From Dudresnaya verticillata (taxonomy: Eukaryota): 64,000 nucleotides of DNA. Made by a program: the position numbers and the translations under genes. Within the stretch, counting starts at the first letter, position 1; the number at the start of each line of letters is the position of its first letter. This document shows, piece after piece, positions 35,283 through 47,046 of the stretch. The DNA lies in assembly GCA_977862235.1 (NCBI GenBank), contig OZ374560.1:2790001-2854000 (forward strand), given 5' to 3'. Under the pieces are notes generated by a model. That model was not told where the DNA came from, made no database searches, and worked only from the letters and a program-made list of their open reading frames with translations.

Positions 35283-38200
35283 GGCTGGGGTTGAGATGGT
35301 GCTCGGCTCTGCGGTAATGGTCTTGGGTACCGGTGGGCGAGCGAGGTACGTTGGAAGAGTTTGTTGTCTTTATAGAAGTTTGACCTATCTCATATGCAAC
35401 CTGTAGCAAGCAATAAATTCGTGTTTAAGGTCACTTGCCGGCAGTGCGATATGACTATTTGTCAGGGGGGATTGTTCCCACGGTTCTGATATTTGCGAAA
35501 GGCCGTATTGTCACTCGCTGTGCCACTGCCTCCTCACGAGAAAGAACATGTTCAGCATACCCTTGGTTGACACAACTCTTTCCAAAGTGCCGCGTCGGAG
35601 CCAGGTCAAGTCACAGTATCCGCATTACTAGCACCAGGATATTTATTGTAACGTGGTTCTTTAACTGTAGGGTCACATACGCTTAGCATTACTGGGTTGT
35701 TTAAAGAGATGGTTGAGTGATCTTGATCATAATTGAATCGTTCCGATAGCTGAATAAAGTACATTCCCATTCTCGATAGACAGTTTAACTATGCAATTGC
35801 ATATTGTAGTATAGGCTGTGGTATACAATCATACAATATACAATTGCTTATACATTATTTTCTGTGCAGTGCTCATATCCGCCCAGAGCAATAAACTTAG
35901 CGCTTCCTCCATTCAATGTCTTGATTTACTTGCTGTTGTGCGTTACAATGCTTTCACGCCAGGGGGAAATGCCACGGAGAGCGTTTCTGCTAGAGAAACC
36001 GGGCGTTCCGGAGCTCATTGGCAAATGGAAGGCAGATTTTGCGACCAAAACACACACACCCAGCAATGGGTGTGCTCCCCAACCCCGCGTTGCAATGCAA
36101 TGCAAGGCAAAGCAGCTCTGTCCTCAATAAGTCTTCTTGGAAGGCGCTAAAGCCTTTAAAATGGCATCGAAAGTCCGGCCTTCTGTAGCAATTGCAGCCT
36201 GTTCTTCATTGCTGATTGGCATCCCAAGAAGCCACGCTTGGATATGACCGTTTTCAACACTATGGCACTGATAATGTGATGTTTTCTCTATTTGTTATTT
36301 ATGAGCACAACCTTGATTGTTGTTTATAGTGGTCCTACGCCGGCAGCTTAGGCCCAAGTGCAGGCGCACTTGAGTGTCCACGGGACTCATGGACTTATGT
36401 TTTGTTACGTGCTATGGGACGTTGGTGCTATCTGTAACGAGACCACTGTTAAGCGGTGGGGGACGAGGGGGTGGACGGTCTTGCGCGCACAGTCGGCGGA
36501 TTTTGTCAATGGCGGTGGAGAGAGCGGTAAGGTCGAAGGTGTTGATCGCGGGGCGTGACAATAGTGGAAGGACTACTGTACGGCTTGTGCACTCAGTGCT
36601 GATCATTTGATTGCACAGGAGGTTGGAATTGGAAAGGTTCAATAATCGCAAGCTTACGGTCGCGGTGGTTAAAGAGTCGGAACGCGGGACTTGGAACGAT
36701 GCATCTTGGACCGGAGGGGCTACAAAACGCTCTATTCTCGCGATCCAACACTACAGATGCCGCTCCGCCACAAAACCGTACATATGCTTATCGTATACTG
36801 CACTTAGCAATAGGGCTTCCAATATTACTACTCAACCCAATAGGTATTGCAATACGCATTGTCACTGCAATAAGAATTGCAATTAGCTACAGTATCAACA
36901 ACTCATTGAGCTATTGCTACTGTGTATTGCAAATACTAGCCCGACAGCTCCGCGCACATCTCGACCGCACCGACGCCCGCCGCTCCCACTCCGTCCTGCA
37001 CCACCTCGGCCTCCACCTCGGGGCTATCAACTATGTATCAACTCCGTCTAGAAAGCAATCCAACCCTTCACTGCCTGAAAGATCACGATAATGCGAAGTA
37101 ATATTCTTTGATCCAGGTCTAATCGACTTCGTAGGCGAAGTAGGCATTACTTGTTACACTTGTCCTCAGATATTAATGTGCAAGTTGGCGAGTCACAAGA
37201 GGGCTATCATACGCGACGAATCTTCAAGCGCACCAAATGCGCCGGGGAACATAAGTTGCATGTTCCGAAGACAGAACAGGCGCAATGGCTATGGCGAGGA
37301 GCACGCCACAAGACACAAAAAATCATATTGGGCGCGAGGGACCTCTGTCCTTGTTTGAAGATCCTTTGCAGCCTGCTCCCTGAGTTAGAAGAGCACATTT
37401 GAAGTACAGATCGCATGAAATCGACGCTCTGTACAGTACACAGTCTGTACACAGTCTGCACTGTCAGTCTCTTTCTTCTAAACTTTTAAAGTCAGAAACC
37501 CCGAGGTGAGAGTTGTTCTTCATAGAGAAAATAGAATTGTAATAAGTGTAGCAGAATCAAACTGCACACTTTTTATCTGATGCAGCATCACCAACAGCAC
37601 CACATGAGTACCGAACGCCTCCATTTCATTTGGTGCCGTAGCTTTATTACTACAGTACTACGGCACGTAACCAGCCTCGTTCATAGGATGGGACCGTCCG
37701 CATGTGCCATGGAGATGCACAGGCACAACCACGGCTTCTTTTGAGCCGATTCCCAACCACTGAAAAAGGTGACTACTGTAGATAAAGAACTAAATCCCGT
37801 AATACGATAATAAAGAACATGGAGAAATGTGGAGAACGATCTATTCTCACAGGGACGGGAGGTCGGGAAACAAAATCTGCGAGAAGCCTAGCGACGGGTG
37901 CAGGGGTCCATTCGTTTCTTCGGAAGGCGTTCTGCAGGCGGAAGCTTGTGTTTTCGAGTTTGAAGCATTTGTGCTCGTCACAGGATTGTCGACAAGTTCG
38001 ACTGTAGCGCACTAAGGCGGGAGTATGTAAACGAGGGCATTCTGGGCTTGAAGGTTTCGCCCCGATGCGACGGACCAGATGCTTTCAAGAGGGCAGGGTG
38101 CTGAGCCGTTTCCCGACGAGAATTTGGAACTCAGAAAAGCCAGCTTTCGGGACCAGTGGTCCAACCAACATTGCACATCCTCGCTCGATAATAATAAAAC

Positions 38201-39628
38201 CTCTTCTTCCTGCCTCGAAATACAATCCAGTCAATAACCAACTTCCGTCAAGTGAACAGCGTTCCAGCTTTTGCCAGCCGTTTTTATTTGATCGTAACCT
38301 TCGTTATTGTATCTCCTGTGCACTGTTTTGCACAGTTGCAATGCAGAAAAGCCCGCTCTAACAGAAGAAGAACCATAGGCTCCTCACGAAGAAGATATTT
38401 CACCGTCTTATTTCACTTGCACGTTCATACTAGTATGAAAATAACCCCATTGCGTGGACTGGACGATACAAACAAGCCTACTGTACATCTATCTACCGAA
38501 TTCTCGCACACTGAATATTTATGTGGCGATCAATGTCGCACTTTGAAGTCGCTCGCTTGACAAGCAGACCCGATCCCGGTCTACATATCTGGTTGATAAC
38601 CTGAAACTCCTTGGTTTTCTCTCTATTTGCCATATTAATACGGTATTATCCCGCTCCGTTTGCTGCCAGAATATTATCGGAAAACGGACGTGGATGCGCT
38701 TGATTACGAGAGCTATCACATATGGCTTGGGAAGATCTGCCCGGTGGCAGGGTTTTCCTTTCAGAAACGCGCAGTGCGCCCGAGCTGGCGATAGGCACCC
38801 GCCGAGACTGCGGGCGCCCACTGGACCGTAGCTCGTCGGGCTGTCCCGGGAACAGCAGCTCGTCCTAGGATGCGGATTTGTGCTGTAGAAAATCGAACGT
38901 ATAGCATCCTCAGCTAAAATACAGTGGGAAGGATGATTCAGCGAACGCAGTACAGAAAAAAGGAGAGGCGGGAGAGAAAACAAAAGCAATATGGTGGTGC
39001 AGTGTGCGTTGGAGATTGAAAGCACTGCGTCTCCGCGAACAAGTTGTTCGACGAAAAGAGGGAGATGGAGTCAAAGCGGTGAGCAAAGTTGTGAAAGTTG
39101 ACGTGAGAAGGTCTTCGTTCGGCGGCAGGGAACAGAGTGGGGCGCGGCGATCCGGGTCGCCAACAATTTGACTGTCAGGCGTCGCGAGAACTGAAACACA
39201 GAAGACGGCAACCGCCACGCCCAGTGCGTTGCACCGATACGAAACTAACGTTACTACTGATAAGTCCGCTGCAGTGCGGCAATGAGGTGTTTGAGGTAGA
39301 GTAAACCTCCTCAAAAGAGATACGATACCTGTGGCTGCATCATTTCATTCCACATACCATGGTGCAAATAATCAGGTGATAACATTGCGTGACGTCCCTT
39401 CCACTGTAATAAACTCACATCTTCGATTCAGTGCTCTGAAAGCGAACGACGTCGTTGGAGCAGCCCATTGGAGCTTATCTTTGCCGACTGCAATGACGCT
39501 TCGATCGGACCTTGTTTGCCGTGCCGAGACACAGAAACGTACGGTGTGAGAGGGAAGCTCCCAAAGGAACATTATATTCAACAGGAGTAGCCGGCCCCAG
39601 TGTCTTGAGTGGCTTCAAAACACTATAC

Positions 39629-39652
39629 CTCTCTCTCTCTCTCTCTCTCTCT
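39629..39652. repeat. (CT)12 microsatellite
   Basis: Read directly from the sequence. Confidence 0.95.
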
Positions 39653-39688
39653 CCGTAATTGTAACTATTGCATTACGGGAGTGATGCA

Positions 39689-39796
39689 ATGCACAGTGGT
39701 TTCTCCGGGAGAGGAACTTTCTCTGCACATTTAGTTCTCCGCCGAAAAAGTAAATGTGCAGAGAGATTTCCTCTCCCGGAGAAACTACATGTGCAT
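39689..39796. repeat. 108-bp near-perfect inverted repeat (MITE-like or small-RNA hairpin)
   Basis: ATGCACAGTGGTTTCTCCGGGAGAGGAA..TCTCTGCACATTTA pairs with TAAATGTGCAGAGA..TTCCTCTCCCGGAGAAACTACATGTGCAT. Confidence 0.85.
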
Positions 39797-40247
39797 CATA
39801 GCACTGTCCTAAAGTGACGGCCAGCGATGGCTCATAGAAAAGCTGTTCACGCCATGCGACGTGAGCTGCACTAATATTGAGTCCCTGACAGTATCAAATT
39901 GCATTGTGCAGGCAAATTGCGTAGGCGTATTATTGTATAATTGTGTAATATAGCGTATACAGTGGTTTCATGTTATATTCCTCGCAAATTGAATTGCTTG
40001 CAGATAAATTCTGACATACTCAAAAGTATGTTACGTAAGCTATCAACTATAACATCACCATGCTCTGCTACACCTGCCGCTGCCATCCCCGATACCTCTT
40101 TGCAGGCGGCCCCCCGGCACTGCTTAAAGCTGGCATGCATCGTCTGCCGCTATCGATCAACAACTCAGTCTCCAGTTTACTCGCCTCGAAAAGCAAAGCA
40201 CTTCCGTTAAACATCTCCCTCCTCAATTATTACTCCTCGTTCCCAAA

Positions 40248-40687
40248 ATGTTCCGATTCAAGATCCTAGTCCTGCTTCTGCTTGCTCTCGCAGCCCTATC
40301 ACTCGCACTCGCCCTCCCCGAGAGCATGAATGAGAAAATCCCCGGTGCCGTGTCCTTCAGTTCTCTTGTTGTGAAATATAAGGGTGGAGATGTAGTATCT
40401 CCTATAGATGTAACGAGGGCAGAGTCCTGCCAAAGACAAAGTGCGCACAAGCGCGTGTGGAGTCCCAGTAGATGACGTTGTTTACTGAGTTGTTCTTGAT
40501 TACTCCAGGTGTGTTCTCACTACGTGTTGGAGCGCTTAAATACACACCAGTCGACTTCCAATACTCTGAAACCAGCTCTCCAGATTATCGCACTATCGTT
40601 CGTTCCTACTTTCTCTGCAATTCAAGTAAACTACAGGGTGACACTGTAGAACGAGGCAATACAATTGCAGGTGTCGGTGAGTTCTGA
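40248..40687 (+). pseudogene. Probable broken gene for a small secreted protein
   Basis: Strong signal peptide MFRFKILVLLLLALAALSLALALPE; ORF ends at 75 aa with an overlapping downstream ORF. No family recognised. Confidence 0.35.
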
Positions 40688-42601
40688 GGGCCGCAGTTTG
40701 CCACGTTCAGTCGCAGGCGCAGTCATAGCTGCTGACAACTTCCCACGCCCAGCCACGTTCATTCACAGCCGCAGATATCCTTGATGAGAGCTTACCAGGT
40801 CCGCACGCCAGCGACCACAGTATAACTGAAGTACTTGCGGGGGTTGACGAATGACATGTCGAACGCGTCAGCCTCTCGGAGATTTCAACATCTCTCTCCC
40901 AACTAAGGCGATTAAAGCCTTTGCAGCCCCCCGCGGCCCCCCGGTCGGGGTTTTCTTTCCAGGATCCGCAAATTCACGGGACCATTTAAGAAGGGGCTCA
41001 AGAAGATTTTCCCGAGACTTGCACGGCGCGGTAAGGTTGCATTGAGGAACGTTGTTAGAAGAGCTTCGGTTACGGCTCATACCAGAGTTCTCCAGGGATG
41101 CAAGTTTCTAAATCACGGGAGTCAGAGTTTAACATCAGTCAGAATCCCCTTGAATGGCGCCTTTTGCCGTTTTTTATGCTCAGACCTTTATGTGAGCTGT
41201 CTTGAGGCTTTTGACATACTCCCCCCCGCGGCTCCTGCGTGTCTAGCCGGATGCACTGATGCTTTCATTTCCTGCCTTTCCGGCTGTTAAGGTTTCATTT
41301 CTGCTGCCAGCGTTGTATAACTCTAGGCAATTTGCGTCATATGTAGTTTTCTCTTCGGCAGCTATGCGATAAGCTATTATGGGACGTCTAGAATTGAGAT
41401 ACCTTCGCAGCGCAACACATCACCACGTTGTGGCTGCAGAAATCCTGGTATTCTTAATGTTGGCTGAGTTTGTGTTTCATTCTTCATGTTATGATTTTCT
41501 TCCTTACGCGTGAGTCGCTCCTGTTCTTTAGTAGCGATCGTTCGAGTTGTTTGGGTTGTTTGTGAAGTAGAATATTAAATTTTCCAATTGTTACCATAAA
41601 GACGCGGGAAGAAGTCTGCCGAGCTATAATGAGCAACGAACTGGGTGAAGCGAAGTCCTTTTGTAGCGCTCTGCAGTGCTTTCTCAACTCACTAATATCG
41701 ATGGCAACTAGCCAAATCGATGGAAGCATGCCTGTCCTGAGTCGCATTTGTAAGGCTCCCGTAGATGATCAGTACTGTTGAAGTCAGATATAGAAGCGCC
41801 GTCGCGCTTCTATTATGTCATGACAATAGGGATTTCCGAGGTCCTCCGGGAACGACCATAACAAGTGGGGCATTCCAGACCCACTGAGCGTGCAAATGAC
41901 TAACCCATCTGTATCTCCTACCCTGGTAAGATTGAACAGGTTGACAAGCGGAAGCAACAACTGTCGATGCACTTCAAACTCCACATTTTCGTGTGCATAT
42001 ACACGCCCCTTGTCAACGCCAGTAGTGCCGTTCGTCTTCAGAGCTGCCATATCACGCACGAAGCCTTAGTCTTTGACAAGGCGGAACGACAGGACATGGA
42101 AAAGTATTCCCACGTTCCGCGGGTGGAAAGCTTGAAGCTTGACGGGTCTGAGTAAGAGTGCAGGATATCCTCCCAGGCAGAGCGTGATGTCAGGATGCGG
42201 GGGTACTTCCCTGCAGGAAGCTCATAAACAGTTGCGGTTAAACCAGGGCGTATCGGTCCAAACAGGGATTCATGAGCAGGATTTGACTCCGAAAACGTTG
42301 CGGCGGTTACGGATGTCGTGAGCAGACGTGTTGCAGTTGGTAAAGGCATTGCCCGAAAGACTTGCTATGAATTGTTCGCCACGGATGACTGTCGCATGTA
42401 GAATTCAGCGACCTGTTCTGAAGAGGTCGCTTCGTCTGGCTTTTTGTCCTGGCATGCGTGCCTGCGAACATGCGCGAGTCAAATGCATGACACGAGACCT
42501 TGCAACGTTGGTCGTATGTAGAGACCAAATTGAATCCAGCTGCAACTGGCGACTTTTCGTCATTAACAAGTTTTACATTCGGAGCGGAGTAATCATCAAA
42601 C

Positions 42602-43727
42602 ATGGACTCTTCAGAGTTTATCCCACCTCTCAAACCTAGCTCTAACCCATTTTTCAGGACAATCTCCGTTGTCCCCCCCCCCCTTCGTCCCGTTATGGCT
42701 CTCTGCCATCGAGATCTTCTTCACTTGTATCAAGGCTGTGCTTTTGGGAAGAAAATCCCCGCACAGAATCGCCGTTACAATTGCCTTTTTCATCGAATCC
42801 CTCATAGGCATAGTCTTGTCAGTCTTGCTGCTGACAAATTCTCTTCGATATGCGCAGGTAGCCGTTGAAGGATTTCATTACTTGCTTACTATTTTAGCAG
42901 CCATAGCAATCGCAACTGAGCTTTTCTGCGTTGTTATAGAAGTGTCTGTTATCCGTCGAGCATTTCTTCTGCGCTACAATGCTGAAGCCCGGGAAGAAAT
43001 TCAAGTTAACATCGGCGAGAAGTGGCGGACAGTTCTGAAGTGGGTCGCACTCATAGTGGGCACGGCCACACTTCTAACAGGGCTACTGTCGATCGATGTA
43101 TTCAACGACGAATTCGGGTTCAGCGGCTGGAGCTACACATGGACCAATCCGTTCAGTTATGCCACTCTAGCTTTGATTGCAATTCAAATAGGAACTCTCA
43201 TCGTGCTGAGTTTGGTATTAGAGGGGTCGTACTGGATTCGAATATGTTTCATTGTGAGCTTTCTGGTGATTAACATAGTAGGAGTGATCATCTTCCTACT
43301 CGCAGGAGGACAGTTGATAGGAGCAAGTGGGATTTTCGAGTTTAATCGTCGGCATCAACTTCTATCTTTCTTCGTGTTGAGCCTCGCCAGCGCCATCACT
43401 GCTTTGTCGGCATTTAGACTTTCCGGGCCCAGAGAAACTGGAGAGGCAACGAATGAATCTACAAAGGTGCTGGAGACGTTTTTCTTTGCTGCCGTGCCAC
43501 CAATTATTCTTCTTACGCTGGTGGGGAGTGAGGGGTTTGCAACAGCGGCCGATGTGGACGGAACTGGTTTTCAACTGATACTATACGAGTCTGATGTACT
43601 TCTTGTACTGATTACGATTCTGCCGCAAATGGCGGTGTTCGTGGTGCCCCTACTATTTGACCATGCCACTCTTGCTTTCCGATTGCGGAAGAATAGACGC
43701 AGTGCGTGCACCACGGGCGGAGGGTGA
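42602..43727 (+). CDS. Multi-pass membrane protein of unknown function; 5' end uncertain
   Basis: 352-codon open frame (42669-43727) with about nine hydrophobic segments. The nearest upstream ATG (42602) is out of frame by one base across a C11 run (42673-42683); alternatively CTAAC...TTTTCAG (to 42657) is an intron acceptor. Confidence 0.65.
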
Positions 43728-44057
43728 CAAGAATCGCAAACAATCTCTGCCTAGGATTGCAATGAGAACAAGGAAGGAGATTTGTACCACAAGCCGAGGT
43801 GGGTACGCCGACATTTTATTGGAAGAATGTAACGGGTTGGCGTGGATCCGTGAAAAATGTATAAAAGGTGTTTGTATCTATTGTCGTAGTGCAAATATAA
43901 ATATCCTTTCGAAGCTCGTGCTGTGCTGCAATAATGTATAATAATTGTGATTATTATTTATTTTGCTATTATTACAACCTCTTAAATCAGATTGGACTCT
44001 GCATTTTACCAAAGTGTCCAGCTCTATTATCCCTTAATGCCACAACTTGTGATTTCC

Positions 44058-44496
44058 GATGCATCCCGTAGCGGGTAGGCAACGGATCTCTTTTCCGCCC
44101 CTGCGTGGCTGATAAATACAGAGCAATATATCGTCCGGCGTCACTGAGCGCTGTAGTTCAAAAGGGTAGTGGCCTGTGAGGCTGATGATCCCTGAGATAC
44201 TCACTCAAGAATATGCGGCACCAGTTGTCCATACTTCCGCATTTCCCTTCGGCCACCTCGAGTGCCTGGCATTCTTCAGTCGAAACCCATGCCCGAGGTA
44301 TTGACTGCAACACGCTTTTGGAGCGGCCGCGACCACCCTGGACGTTCGAAGGACAATCGGCAACTAGAAAATGATTCCGAGCTTCGCTGCTTCCATGCGG
44401 AGGTCTTTTCAAAAACTCTTGCATAGCTTTCAAATATTGTTGAGCCACCGTCGCTGAGACGGCAACAATCGCACCTGATCGTCCACACAATCCATC
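44058..44496 (-). pseudogene. Old relic of the COR-TIR junction (B type)
   Basis: WIVWTIRCD...LKAMQEFLKRPPHGSSEARNHFLVADCPS...WVSTEECQALEVAEGKC...VFISHAGAEKRSVAYPLR, with frameshifts. Confidence 0.85.
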
Positions 44497-44499
44497 AAG

Positions 44500-45286
44500 C
44501 TGGGCTCTGGGACAATGGCTGCAAGCAATAACATTGCAAATTATTGTTGCACCAATACTCTCTCCGTCGGCTATCTATATTGCTATATAGCCGCCATCAT
44601 GCCCCAGTAACATCTGCAGAATATGCCTACGTCGTGCAATAAGTCTGCAATAGACTTAGATAGTGCGAAGGAAGCATGGGGATCCATGTTAACGTTTGTG
44701 TAATGCGATGTCAAAACTGTTCATTCATTTTGAGGAATATAATAGCTTCAAAAACTTGGTGGTCATCGCCTTGCGATTGTCGGTTAGCACGTGCTCCGCA
44801 ATGCTCCTGAGCCGGTCAACCTCGGCAACGGATCCAAGAATAAAGTTGCAGTTGATAATGGCATCTAGTTTCCAGGGTACCTTTCGCTTCTTGGATAAAC
44901 GCTGAATGATCGATGACTTGTAAATTATAAGTCATGGTGCATCATCGACGACGATGCTCCTATTGGCGAGAAAGCAGACCTGGCAACTTGTTAGTGATAA
45001 AGTAGCAATGATTTGGTACTATGTAATTTACAGCATGGGGCTAGAAAACGCTATATTCTCGGGATCAACTCTAGAGATACCGCTCCCCCGCAAAACCGAA
45101 CATATGTATACTGCTTTTAGCAACAGGGCTTCTAATATTGCTACTTAACTTAACCCAATAGGTATTACAATATACATTGTCACTGCCATAAGAATTGCAA
45201 TTTGCCATCACATCAGCAACTCAATATGCCATTGCTATTGTATATTGCAATATATTGCTACTGCAATTAATTGCACGACAGCCCTG
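44500..45286. repeat. TTGCAA-rich dispersed repeat, possibly a non-autonomous DNA transposon (related pieces 25020-25340, 36720-36950, 56400-56550)
   Basis: Shared blocks such as TAGGTATTGCAATAYACAWTGTCACTGC...AATTGCAATT and a common end CGACAGCCCTG. No convincing TSD. Confidence 0.5.
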
Positions 45287-46267
45287 GTCACCAGCCCTGA
45301 CGCGACGCTTCTGCAACTTTCTGCGCTTCTTTTCCTCTTCTTGCCCTCTTTTTACCCTTCTTTTCTGTCCTTTCTGTCCGTTTTCTGCAGCCCATCCGAC
45401 GTTATTAACCTTTTATCCTGTCCTGCAAGACAGCCATGGCAGGGATCAAACAGATACCTACCTTTTTGTCACCTTGCCATGTGCTCATTATGACGGCGCC
45501 AGAAAACTATTACACCGGCACTTTAATCACTCAACCCTGTTCGTATTCGAAGCAACTGTGAACAATGTCGTGGCAGAGCTGTGCGACTCTCATGCATGCG
45601 ATTTTAGACAAGTCTCCGAAGGGATGTCCGTCGAATATCGTCGATATATCTGCCCTTTTTGGTCTAACAACATCTCGAACACAAATGTGACGTGGCTTCG
45701 GTGCTGAAATGGACCGCGACCAGAGAATAGCTTTATCATCGTGTCTAGACTCCTTCGTGAAGGAAACCATGGGCGAATATATTATGTACCCATTGCGCCG
45801 ATACTCCTGAAAGTTTGGAGAGAGGAAACACATGCTTGAGAACAAACAAATTGTTGAAAATATTTGTCAACACTTGTTCACAGACTTTATCCGGACAAGA
45901 CTGGCGGAGACGAAACAAGAAACAGAGCCTCACTCTTCATATCTCTTGTACTCGATCATAGTCATCAGCAAGGGAGACGTGACGTTGGACACCTCCCTGG
46001 TCGTCGAATTTGCTCTCTCCAGATACGTTTCAACCAACCAGGCCTTATCCTAGGCTGTTTACGAGACTTGCAGAAACTCTAATGTTGAATACTTGACAGG
46101 GACTCAAGTTTCTACCCGCTTTAGGGACCGGCTGTTTAACCGCCCTTTATCTAGACGGAACGTTTGAGAGCCTCCGTATCTGAACAGGGTATGTAACTGC
46201 AACAATCAAGCAGCCCGCAAGACCGGTAAAATTACGCAGTGGCGGAACCAAGGTCCCAGAGGGGGCA

Positions 46268-46505
46268 TTGGTGATGAGTCTTCAAAGCTGGGCACACCTG
46301 GACCCCAAAATATGGCGCGGTCCGTTGGGGTTTGATCCGGAAGGGTGGGTCTGCAGAACTTCTCGTAGAGAGGGTGACAAAGTCCGACCTGGAACTTATG
46401 TTCCGTTCGGTAGTAGGTCTCGTGCTTGCGCCGGTAGGTTTCTTGCCGAGTACGACTAAGCTCTCATCCTCGCCGAATTGCACCGTAGTTTTAATTTCAT
46501 GCTAG
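46268..46505 (+). pseudogene. Cytochrome P450 C-terminal fragment
   Basis: HLDPKIWRGPLGFDPEGW (meander/PERF-like) and heme motif YVPFGSRSRACAGRFLA, followed by an in-frame stop. Confidence 0.8.
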
Positions 46506-46641
46506 CTTCCGAGAAGAGCGAAGGAGTGGGAGAGACGGCTTTTGTCGAGGTTGCCAAATCACCCTCTGTGAAGGGAGGGGGAACGAAGCAGATGTGTTCA
46601 TGTTAGAATAGAGGGGCGATAGCACATCAGATTGTTTTGTG

Positions 46642-47046
46642 GTGATGTTGTATTTATTTGTTGTTTAAGGTGATCCAGCGCGGGCAACTTGGGCCCCTAT
46701 GCCGGGGGTAAACGTCACTTTACGAAAGCATGAAGCTGCCGGCGCACCGCTAACGAGGTCCTTACTGGGGTCCTGGCGACAGTACTGTAGCAGGGAGAGA
46801 GGATCTATTGTGGGTTCCCGCCAGTATGGGAGGTGGGAAAGTCACGCGCACGAAGTCCTGATTGCACAAATTGCACGCGAGATGGCTACAAGGGTCTGCG
46901 GGGAGGGGTGTGGCTTGGAGGGGTGTGGCTTGGAGAGGTCGTGGAGTGCGCGGGAACGTTTGCGCACTAAATCGCGGGCGGACAGGAAGCGTGGCGGGAT
47001 GGGAAATGTTCCCAGGTGCCAACGGTTTGTGGTGAGTCAAGTTTCT
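46642..47046 (-). mobile_element. 5'-truncated LINE-like 3' end related to 22047-22431
   Basis: LTTNRWHLGTFPI...ALHDLSKP...ICAIRTSC, then the tail GGCATAGGGGCCCAAGTTGCCCGCG...AATAAATACAACATCAC. Confidence 0.72.
46706..46736 (+). mobile_element. 31-bp micro-insertion with 6-bp target-site duplication, inside the LINE tail
   Basis: TGCCGG [GGGTAAACGTCACTTTACGAAAGCATGAAGC] TGCCGG. Removing it restores the tail motif seen at 22358 and 47692. Confidence 0.82.

Noticed and set aside
36520..36620. Possible P-loop relic KVLIAGRDNSGRTT
   Set aside because: Lacks the GK lysine, has stops nearby, and shows no other GTPase motifs.
46706..46740. Hammerhead ribozyme in the micro-insertion (stem, GAAA, short stem, UA)
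   Set aside because: The essential CUGANGA box is absent at both sites.
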